Below, piece after piece: positions 8,575 to 15,745 of a stretch of DNA of 32,000 bases. The position numbers and the translations under genes are program-made. Each line of letters opens with the position of its first letter. Position 1 is the stretch's first letter. The DNA comes from Acaryochloris marina MBIC11017 (GTDB lineage Bacteria; Cyanobacteriota; Cyanobacteriia; Thermosynechococcales; Thermosynechococcaceae), in assembly GCF_000018105.1 (NCBI RefSeq), contig NC_009927.1, positions 150,001 to 182,000 of the forward strand, read 5' to 3'. The notes beneath the pieces were generated by a model that saw only the letters and a program-made list of their open reading frames with translations, did no database searches and was not told where the DNA came from.

Positions 8575-9231
8575 TTAAGCTGCTTTGCTAACCTGCTCAA
8601 GCAAATGGTTGTGTGCCCAGTCCCACCAAGAGCGACGTTCCCAGTTAATCGCTTTGATGTCTTGGCCTTTTGCTTCGTTGTAGAGGGGCACAATCACAGC
8701 GTCGAGGTCTTCAACCGCCCCAGGAGAAACCCCCGAGAGTTCATACACGGTATCGGCCAGAGATTCCAGTTCAGTTCGCTTAATGGCAAGTTGCTTAAAG
8801 AAGGTCTCCCAGCTATTGATGCGAGTGACCGTGAGTTGATCCATCAGTTCGTTTAGGGCAACGATCATCAAAATGTCTTGGCCTGCTACCTGCTTAAGCA
8901 CTTTGAATACAGCCTCTTTTAGGGGAGAGCATTTGGCCTTATTAGTTTTTCGCTGTTCTAGACCCGTCGCTTCCAGGGTTAGCAATCCGAAGAGTTCAAG
9001 GACATGATCACGGTTTCGCAGATTGCGATTACCGTGATGCAGCTCCCAGGCAAACTTGGCGAGTTTGTCTTGTCCTGTGGGGTCATCAGGTTTGTACTGT
9101 TTAACGATGTATTTTTTGATGTTGACCTTCTGAGACTTGCTTGGATCGATGTTTTCTTTAGTGGCGATATGCTCCTTGATGGCTTTAGTTAGAGCGTTGC
9201 GAGTGGCGTTATTGTCTAGAGCGGCAGTCAT
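8575..9231 (-). CDS. hypothetical protein (218 aa)
   Basis: Long ORF in the operon. GGAGA lies upstream of the ATG. No family recognised. Confidence 0.55.
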   Translation of the reverse strand: MTAALDNNATRNALTKAIKEHIATKENIDPSKSQKVNIKKYIVKQYKPDDPTGQDKLAKFAWELHHGNRNLRNRDHVLELFGLLTLEATGLEQRKTNKAKCSPLKEAVFKVLKQVAGQDILMIVALNELMDQLTVTRINSWETFFKQLAIKRTELESLADTVYELSGVSPGAVEDLDAVIVPLYNEAKGQDIKAINWERRSWWDWAHNHLLEQVSKAA

Positions 9232-9294
9232 GGTTTATCTCCAAAATTGAATAGATATTTGAACGGTTAAATGAAACGTAGGCAGATTGCCCTC

Positions 9295-9621
9295 TCAGCA
9301 GCAAATGAAGTCCTGACCATCAGCCTCAATCTCTGAACGCACGGAATTCAGTAGCTCCACTGGGTAAGAGGGCTTGGGATTATCTGGTAGAGCAGCGAGG
9401 GCTGCATATCTCAAAGAAGAAAAGATATCTCTGGGGGTGGAATGTTGGAAGGTGTGGATATAGGGGTTAAGTGACAGCCACAGATCAAGAGCTTCGTCAT
9501 CGGTCAAATCTTTGCTACTCAGCACCAGGCGGTTGAGAATTGCTGTCTGCTGGTCATGGAGTTCAATCGTGGTAATGAATCGGACTCGTGGAATGAGTTT
9601 GTATCTTGTTGTGGGTTTCAT
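9295..9621 (-). CDS. hypothetical protein (108 aa)
   Basis: Start placed at ATG 9621 (MKPTTRYKLIP). The longer ORF has a hydrophobic extension that is probably untranslated. Confidence 0.45.
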   Translation of the reverse strand: MKPTTRYKLIPRVRFITTIELHDQQTAILNRLVLSSKDLTDDEALDLWLSLNPYIHTFQHSTPRDIFSSLRYAALAALPDNPKPSYPVELLNSVRSEIEADGQDFICC

Positions 9622-9797
9622 GGTTTGCCCTCTGAAGCGAATGGGATGAAGAAATAGAGAAAGAGTGAAAAGTAGATGAATTGCCAAAACAAGAACCAGA
9701 TGAGGGTGTAACCGTTCATCGTTGCCCCCTAAGTTTTCAAAATCTCTATGGAATCTGAACTGCTTGGATGATTAGTGGCTCACCCAGGCCAGGGAGA

Positions 9798-10175
9798 TTA
9801 ATGCTCAGACGGCAGCAGCACAACGCCGTATTCCACATACAGCTTGATTTCTGGCAGGACGAAATCAGTGAAAGGAATATCTTGGGTAATGACAGGGCTG
9901 CAAGTACTGGGGCTGTCTTCGTAGCAGGCTAAGACAGCGCTATGGTCGTCGTTTACGGTCAGCAACCAAAGCTGGAATTCTTGGAGGTTGGGATTGTACT
10001 TGATGAGTCGCACTCGTTGATAACTTGCGATCGCGTCGAGGAGCCAAAAGGATTCCCCTTTCTCTGCGAGTGTTTTGACGCCTTCTGTGTATCGGATGCC
10101 CAGCCAATGCTGATAGTGAGATTCACTGCAATGACAATGGGCAAGTTCAGCTTGCAGTTCTGAAGCGGTGATCAT
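9798..10175 (-). CDS. DUF6876-like protein
   Basis: 125 aa. SESHYQHWLGIRYTEGVKTLAEKGESFWLLDAIASYQ resembles the G(T/S)E.YYRH...YTDGV..LAE...AYWLLD.I signature I associate with DUF6876 proteins of conjugative elements. Confidence 0.5.
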   Translation of the reverse strand: MITASELQAELAHCHCSESHYQHWLGIRYTEGVKTLAEKGESFWLLDAIASYQRVRLIKYNPNLQEFQLWLLTVNDDHSAVLACYEDSPSTCSPVITQDIPFTDFVLPEIKLYVEYGVVLLPSEH

Positions 10176-10220
10176 GATATTCAGTCCCCTATGTAGCGAG
10201 TGGGTGTAAGTGAAGCGGGA

Positions 10221-10236
10221 GGGGCAGAGGTGCCCC
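10221..10236 (-). terminator. GC hairpin GGGGCACCTCTGCCCC after the cassette-1 acidic-protein gene
   Basis: 6-bp GC stem with a 4-nt loop, 10 nt after the stop. The identical 16-mer occurs after the cassette-2 gene (22965-22980). There is no U-tract, so it may be a stabiliser or attenuator rather than a full terminator. Confidence 0.45.
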
Positions 10237-10245
10237 AGAATATTC

Positions 10246-10548
10246 CTAGAATTCTTCGTTTTCGGCTTTAATCTGGCGAGTGGTGGGGATGGTGCGCCAA
10301 TCAGCTAGCCAGTGGTCATCACCATAGAAAGTTTTGACCCAACTCTCTAGGCGAGGCTGGATCAGACCTGGCTTAGATTTGACGGGTGCATAGACTTCAA
10401 ATAAATCGCCACCCTCACGTACACCGGGGTATTTTTCAATCTGCATCTCGACTGCAATCACTTCAGGATGAAGGGGATCAGTGACTTGAGAGTCAACAAG
10501 CTGAAGCAGTTCAGTGACGGTGGTGGGTGCTTCGGTTAAAGTTGTCAT
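10246..10548 (-). CDS. small acidic protein, paralogue of 30588-30899
   Basis: 100 aa with about 17 D/E against 9 K/R. It is roughly three-quarters identical to the 103-aa ORF at 30588-30899, which is on the opposite strand. The same conserved leader precedes it. Confidence 0.7.
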   Translation of the reverse strand: MTTLTEAPTTVTELLQLVDSQVTDPLHPEVIAVEMQIEKYPGVREGGDLFEVYAPVKSKPGLIQPRLESWVKTFYGDDHWLADWRTIPTTRQIKAENEEF

Positions 10549-10662
10549 AGTTATTGCCTTTGATTGGGTTTTAACTAGGGCATCCGAGAACTTACCAGGC
10601 GACCGGATGCCTTTGTTTGTATGTAATAACTATATCACACTGAGTGTGTAAAATTACACACT
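10549..10662 (-). promoter_or_regulatory. cassette-1 control region: palindromic operators, -10 TATAGT, conserved hairpin leader
   Basis: On the minus strand the order is operators, -10 box, leader, start codon. The operators are AGTGTGTA-aaat-TACACACT (10643-10662) and the overlapping CACACT-g-AGTGTG (10636-10648). TATAGT lies at 10629-10634. The leader is ACAAACAAAGGCATCCG...CGGATGCCCTAGTTAAAACCCAATCAAAGGCAATAACTATG, with the stem at 10579-10586 and 10604-10611. Confidence 0.6.
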
Positions 10663-10763
10663 AAATAAAACTATAGACTTATTGCGTGTGTATAAAAAGT
10701 ACACTATGATGCAAGTTGTCTAGCACTAATGCATCATAGATGTGTGGTGTTGGAATAGTTGCT

Positions 10764-10937
10764 ATGACGAATAAATCACGAATGACGCGAATTAACATCA
10801 CTGTCCCGGAAGATTTACTTGAAGAGTTCAAAGAATACTGTGACTCGCAAGTAAGATCTGTTTCTTCTCAAATTCAGTTTTTTATGAAACAGGCAGTTGA
10901 GTCTAATCAGAAACAGAAAGGGAATGAAAGTTCTTGA
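10764..10937 (+). CDS. ribbon-helix-helix (CopG/Arc-type) regulator, cassette 1
   Basis: 57 aa from ATG 10764. Beta-strand RINITVP, then helices EDLLEEFKEYC and SVSSQIQFFMKQAV. It is divergent from the cassette-1 promoter. Confidence 0.7.
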   Translation: MTNKSRMTRINITVPEDLLEEFKEYCDSQVRSVSSQIQFFMKQAVESNQKQKGNESS

Positions 10938-10985
10938 TGCTGCTGAATAATCAATAAAAGCAACTATTACCAAGTGGTGAGATAA

Positions 10986-11231
10986 ATGACCAACAGCAAC
11001 CCCCAACGATGGACCGATGATCGGCTTGATGCCCTTGCAGCTTCTACTCAAAGCTTACTTGCTGCAACCCAGGCTAATACTAAAGCTATCGGGGAAAATT
11101 CTGAACTCATGCAGAAAGTGATTGAAGGTCAGCTAGCAATGCAGACTTTACATGGTCAATTGGCAGAGCAGACTTTGCAGCTCAAGCGGGCTGTTGACTA
11201 CTTGCTGAGCAAAGATGGAGGGCAATCATGA
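10986..11231 (+). CDS. hypothetical coiled-coil protein (81 aa)
   Basis: Heptad-like and Q/L-rich (DDRLDALAASTQSLL...). It lies downstream of the RHH gene. Confidence 0.5.
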   Translation: MTNSNPQRWTDDRLDALAASTQSLLAATQANTKAIGENSELMQKVIEGQLAMQTLHGQLAEQTLQLKRAVDYLLSKDGGQS

Positions 11232-11234
11232 TCA

Positions 11235-11453
11235 ATGGAATCTGAAGAGATTATCATCCGCTACTATCGCAATCCTATTCCTGTAATGGTCGATCCTGGT
11301 CAGAATCATCCACGACATGAGCATGATTTATTACTGGGTTGGATTTGTCAGGGTAAGGATAGAAGCCCCGTACTCAAGAACTTCCCTAATGCTGAAATAG
11401 TTGCTAAGGCTAAGTCTGAGGCTAAGCCTTATCTAACCCTAGTGAAGCAATAG
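11235..11453 (+). CDS. hypothetical protein (72 aa)
   Basis: The ATG is 3 nt after the preceding stop. The 3' end overlaps the convergent ORF 11422-11844 by 32 nt. Confidence 0.4.
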   Translation: MESEEIIIRYYRNPIPVMVDPGQNHPRHEHDLLLGWICQGKDRSPVLKNFPNAEIVAKAKSEAKPYLTLVKQ

Positions 11454-11844
11454 TCTTCTTTATCCTGTCTTTTCCCGGTGCCCACTTATCCCCGGCAGTA
11501 ATCCTCACCACTTCCCCCCAAGCTTTAAGCTGATTTGCCCTCGATAGTTTCACCAATGGCCGAGCAGCACTCTCAGACTGAGGCAGCACACTAAAATGCT
11601 CCTGCAAGAACAATACGAGTTCAGCCGCTTGAATACAGCGAAAAGCATGGATGTAGGTAACCCCAAGATTTTCTTCCACATACACCTTGAATCCCTTAGA
11701 GTCTGGTAAATACAGTTTCTTATCTTGAATCGTTTTCAAGGCCAACCCAGAAGACAACAGAGCATCAGATCCAGTATCAGGGGGTTCCAAAAATATTTCT
11801 TCCAGATCAGCCAAACTCTTATCCTGAAAATCTCGTAAATCCAT
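11422..11844 (-). CDS. hypothetical protein, possible ParB/KorB-like DNA-binding region
   Basis: 140 aa. The segment GVTYIHAFRCIQAAELV...LPQSESAARPLVKLSRANQLKAW resembles the HTH region of ParB-type plasmid proteins. This is a weak call made by eye only. Confidence 0.45.
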   Translation of the reverse strand: MDLRDFQDKSLADLEEIFLEPPDTGSDALLSSGLALKTIQDKKLYLPDSKGFKVYVEENLGVTYIHAFRCIQAAELVLFLQEHFSVLPQSESAARPLVKLSRANQLKAWGEVVRITAGDKWAPGKDRIKKTIASLGLDKA

Positions 11845-11953
11845 CGCACCCAGAGTTTTAAGGTTTCAAAGCCAGATGAATTATAGCAAGCCCTCCATTG
11901 TCTGAAATCTTTACTAGGCAATATACAATCCATAGAGAAAGTGAGTTTTTCTC

Positions 11954-13282
11954 ATGACTAAACTAATCAGTAAATTAGTCTCAGCCAAGACCTCAGACCC
12001 ACAAGGCGACTTGTCAGCTAACTCCCAGATTGATACCGCTCCGCAACTCTCAGTTGAAGATATCTGGGATACCCTGGCAGACCGTGACCTGTATCGACTC
12101 TCAATCGAAATTGATTCAGGCTTAAGACTCTCAGCCCGTCTAGATGCCGAAGACTTGGGCTTAGATCCTCATGTTGTCGATGAGCTAGCGGGAGGCTACC
12201 GCAAAGCCTTCTCAGAGGCATTCACTAAGGCTCGAAATCAACTCTCTGGCCTACAGAAAAAGTTCAACAAGAAATTCACCATCTACGTGAAGCCCTTCCG
12301 GTTTATTGATGGAAGCATCATCAATGACGCCGTTGACTTTGCCCAGGAAATCAAGAAAGAAGCGGCATCCTTACGTCAAGGCTTAGTCGATACCTACACG
12401 GATCAGCTCAAAACCTTCTTAGTGGAGCTAGAGCAGAAACTCAATGAAACCATACCCGGAAAAAAGAAGCAGATTGAAAAAGCCCTGATTTACTATGCTG
12501 GAGAATTCCCCAGTATTGACGATTTCTCAGGTAGCCTCCAGGTGATTATCGATGGCCCGGTCCAGCTCACCTCCCTGAAAAATAAGCTCAAGGCCGATGC
12601 TGATTTGCAAGCTGAGTTAGCCAAAAAGAAACGGCTGACAGCTAAGCAAAAGAAAGAAGCTCAGGAGATTCAAGAGCGGATCAAAACCAGTCAGCTTATG
12701 CTCAATGGCATTGCTCAAGCAGTGCAACAGTCTCGTGTGGCTTGCCTGGATGAGGGCTGGGAACTGCTAGCTGACCTGATCGACCGCTTCGGTGCTAGCC
12801 CTGATGGGAAGCTCACAACCAAGGACCAGTCTGCGATTAACTCTACCTTTTCCCGACTGGAGCTACTAGAGAAGCACAACCCAGAGATATCAAAGCACTT
12901 GGCCGAGGCCCGGAAGCTGCATGAAGTGATGCAGGGCACTCCCACCCCAGAGCAGGCCCAGGATGCCTATGATAAATTCTCTGGATTCCTCGCCCAGCAA
13001 TCCAAGTCAGCGAGTGGAGAAGGGGCTGAGAAACTTCAGAAATCCCTTCAGTTTACCAATGATTACAAAGCGTTGGTGACCAAGTTAGAGAAGCTGATCG
13101 AAACACCCGATGCCGAGACATTGGCCGAACTAGAGGCAGGGCAACTCGCCAATATTGAAACCACGCTCACCCGCCGAGTGACGAACCTCAAACGCCTCAC
13201 CAAGAAAGCTCAAGAGTCAGCCAAATACGCCAACGAACAGGCAGTAGCCCATGGGGGAGTGGACCCCGTAGTAGGGTTTTAA
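11954..13282 (+). CDS. large coiled-coil protein (442 aa), function unknown
   Basis: Long uninterrupted ORF, K/E/Q/L-rich with long predicted helices. It lies upstream of the AAA+/VWA pair but is separated from it by the AT-rich island. Confidence 0.7.
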   Translation: MTKLISKLVSAKTSDPQGDLSANSQIDTAPQLSVEDIWDTLADRDLYRLSIEIDSGLRLSARLDAEDLGLDPHVVDELAGGYRKAFSEAFTKARNQLSGLQKKFNKKFTIYVKPFRFIDGSIINDAVDFAQEIKKEAASLRQGLVDTYTDQLKTFLVELEQKLNETIPGKKKQIEKALIYYAGEFPSIDDFSGSLQVIIDGPVQLTSLKNKLKADADLQAELAKKKRLTAKQKKEAQEIQERIKTSQLMLNGIAQAVQQSRVACLDEGWELLADLIDRFGASPDGKLTTKDQSAINSTFSRLELLEKHNPEISKHLAEARKLHEVMQGTPTPEQAQDAYDKFSGFLAQQSKSASGEGAEKLQKSLQFTNDYKALVTKLEKLIETPDAETLAELEAGQLANIETTLTRRVTNLKRLTKKAQESAKYANEQAVAHGGVDPVVGF

Positions 13283-14050
13283 AAGTTACTTCGCTTAAAG
13301 CATACCAATCTCTTCAAGCCTTGTGCGTATATAAGTCTTATCCGTAACCTTACAAAAATCATTTACCTTACAAAGGGTTTACTCCTGAGAGACTGTTTTA
13401 AGAATCTTTCGATAGTTTTATTATCGCTGGCTAAATTAGATTTTAATAATTTTGTTTAAAACTCATATCAGGAAAAATTATTTTTCTATATTCGATTTTT
13501 TTAAAAATATTTTGCATAGGAGCATTCCAATAGTAACAGAAAAATTTGCCCAGCAGGCAACAAATAATATCGTAAAAGCTAGTTGAAATAAACATTTCAA
13601 GACTTCTGTATTTTTTATGTCCTTACTCTTTGAATGGTAGCTTCTGAATAAGCTGTACTGTGCGATCTTTACCTGTAATTGAGATATTACAAGCCTGTAA
13701 TTCCTTTCTCTTAAGGGTTCCAAGGTAGAAGCTCATAATTATCCTAATATTCTAAATGGGACAGTCCGACCTCTACTGGGTAAATTTTTCTGATGCTATT
13801 GGAAGGCCATAAGAATAGATAAATATTTAAATCAATCTCATACCTATGTTTATGATCCCCAATTGTTCAACTATTGCTTTACTCTCTGAATGGCCCATTA
13901 TCCAATAAGATTTTGGCATTGGGGATCAAATCTAAAAAATCATTAAAAAATTCGCTTACCCTAAAAATGGTGGTGCTAAAGTATTCACAATTAAATAAAC
14001 AAGTTCAGTTCCGGGACTAGAACTCACTATTGATATTGGAGGTGAGTTTA

Positions 14051-14140
14051 ATGCTGAAAAAAAATTACTTCTGGGTGATATTAAAGGCAATTGTAAATAT
14101 AATTCTTTATACAATAGAGAATTATATAAATGAACGTTGA
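14051..14140 (+). CDS. candidate 29-aa hydrophobic peptide (MLKKNYFWVILKAIVNIILYTIENYINER)
   Basis: ATG preceded by GGAGGTGA with a 5-nt spacer (14039-14046). The frame is open over 29 codons in DNA where stops should be frequent. The hairpin TAGCTCTA-cagaagt-TAGAGCTA (14162-14184) follows. Confidence 0.3.
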   Translation: MLKKNYFWVILKAIVNIILYTIENYINER

Positions 14141-14262
14141 CTAGTATTTATCGTATTAAGGCTAGCTCTACAGAAGTTAGAGCTAATCAATCTCTTTGGT
14201 ATATCTGGCAAGGGATTTAGTGATAAGGAGTAAAACGACATAAAAATTATCCCAAGCGAATT

Positions 14263-14307
14263 GAAGACATCTGAAGGTTCTGAAAATCAATCTCTTCAGA
14301 TGTCTTC
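14263..14307. repeat. perfect 14-bp inverted repeat GAAGACATCTGAAG / CTTCAGATGTCTTC with 17-nt spacer
   Basis: Arms at 14263-14276 and 14294-14307. The spacer contains one AATCAATCTC motif. Confidence 0.7.
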
Positions 14308-14584
14308 TGATAGCAAGAAGCAATTGTAAAAACTACTGATATATGGAAATATAAGACCCATTCTTACTTACCAAATCATTTAGTATAAGAGTATATTTTA
14401 TATAAACAACTTTTGGTAATCAAAAATATCAATCGATAGATTTATCTTGTTGAAAAACCATAATATCAACTCTATAGATAGGATTTTCATGAGATTGATT
14501 TTATATTGAAGCTTGTTTTTTTAAGAGCTTACTAATATTGCCTAGGCTATACAAATTCTGTAGAGAAAACAAAAATCTAAGCTC

Positions 14585-15743
14585 ATGACTGTACTTCAAC
14601 TCAAGCTTCAGACGCTACGAAAAGAACTCAATGCCGCTCACCTAGAGCGCAAGTCTGTGATTGATGGCTTGCTGGCTACATTGTTGGCGAACCAAAACGC
14701 CTTGCTGTATGGGCCACCGGGAACGGGTAAAAGTTTGATACTTAGAGAGATTTGCTCTGCGATCGCAGATGCGAATTTCTTCCAGCGCTTGCTTCACAAA
14801 GCCATGTCTCCTGATGAAGTCTTAGGCCAAATCAGCCTTAAAGCATTGAAACAAGACATCATGAAGCGCAACACCAGCGGCAGACTTCAAGAGGCTCACT
14901 TGGCTTTTCTAGATGAAGTCTTTAGAGGCAATGGGGTATTGCTCAATAGCTTGCTGGAGCTGATGAACGAGCGCACCTACGACAACCCAGACAAACAGAA
15001 AAGCCCCCTTCGCTCGATAGTCGGTGCAACGAACTCGATTGACTCAGGGAGCGACCTAGAAGCGTTTGCCGACCGCTTTATTTACAGACCCTGGATTTTC
15101 GATCTAAAAAACCCCCAGCTCTACTAAGAAGCTGTTGGGTTGGACTATCAAAGGCAATCGGCCCCAGGTGAGTCAAGGTCTGATTTCATTAGCCGAACTC
15201 GATCAGATGTGCGCTGAGATTCAACAGGTGAAATTCACCGATGCCATGGTGGATGCTTTTACTGAGATTATCCATGCTCTGATCCGGGATGGCTTTGTGA
15301 TTAGTGCCCGCCGCAGAGTAAAGTTGCTGCAGCTTGTTCAGTGTTACGCCTACATCCAAGGGGACGAGCAAGTATATCTAGAGCATTTGCATGAGTTATT
15401 ACCTCAGTGCTGCTGGAAATCAAAGATTGAGGAAATTAGAGAAATCAAGAAGCTGATTGAAACCTCAGCACCCATCGCGAAAAAGAAATTAGCGGATATC
15501 GCTAAAGCTGCTCAGGGTGAAGTCTCAAGGCTGGAAGAGCAACTGAATAATCAAATGTTAGACCATACCCATCATGTCAATGCCGCTGATTTTGCCCGGA
15601 CGCAACTTACCAACTTATCCAGCAGCTTAGACAAGGTTCAGGCCGACCTATGCCGCAATGGAGCCAGCCAGAAAGCCAAAGCTGAGACCGAACTAAAAGC
15701 CCAATCAGACCGAATCAATGAGCTAGTTGAAGGCTTGTATTAA
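14585..15743 (+). pseudogene. RavA/MoxR-like AAA+ ATPase, reading frame broken by a +1 shift in an A6C5 run
   Basis: ORF 14585-15127 has Walker A GPPGTGKS, Walker B AFLDEVFRG, LLELMNER and EAFADRF. ORF 15135-15743, one frame over, continues with FVISARRRVKLLQLVQCYAYIQG...CCW, which is RavA-like (SDRRWKK...LLKDCLW). The second frame is open from 15108. The homopolymer AAAAAACCCCC lies at 15106-15116. Confidence 0.8.
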
Positions 15744-15745
15744 TC

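Larger units (their letters stand above)
13283..14584. other. 1.3-kb AT-rich, ORF-poor island with multiple short repeats
   Basis: Visibly far more AT-rich than both flanks. AATCAATCTC occurs at 13830, 14185 and 14285, and its complement at 14491. ACCTTACAAA occurs twice (13346, 13364). TTACTCT(T/C)TGAATGG occurs twice (13623, 13879). CCTGTAATT occurs twice (13672, 13695). AATATCAA(T/C).. TAGAT occurs twice (14425, 14462). Confidence 0.7.

Noticed and set aside
8484-8693. N-terminal extensions of ORFs in the six-frame track (8103-8693, 9295-9687, 3578-4417, 6877-7299, 6620-6913, 30119-30400, 30883-31269, 23374-23697)
   Set aside because: The extended versions overlap the upstream gene, start at non-ATG codons, or run into operators or IS repeats. 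Internal ATGs give compact, coupled gene arrangements.
11954-13282. Calling the 442-aa coiled-coil protein DUF3150 or VMAP because of its position upstream of the AAA+/VWA pair
   Set aside because: I recognise no sequence motif, the gene is separated from the pair by 1.3 kb, and its size does not obviously fit. I keep it only as a hypothesis to test.
13478-13723. 81-aa minus-strand ORF in the AT-rich island
   Set aside because: It starts at a TTG with no RBS and has low-complexity hydrophobic and basic content typical of AT-rich DNA. It overlaps several of the direct repeats. It is probably not a gene, but a decayed remnant cannot be excluded.
13338-14255. Three TTATCC-containing 9-mers (13338, 13898, 14247) as DnaA boxes
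   Set aside because: Each differs from TTATCCACA at two or more positions, and their spacing and orientation show no pattern. The evidence is too weak to call an oriC-type origin.
15104-15112. CTA AAA AAC contains A_AAA_AAC, a classical -1 programmed frameshift heptamer
   Set aside because: The downstream ATPase frame is reached by a +1 shift, not -1 (codon phase 15107 to 15108). A -1 slip would therefore not restore the protein. A homopolymer indel or a sequencing error is the simpler explanation.
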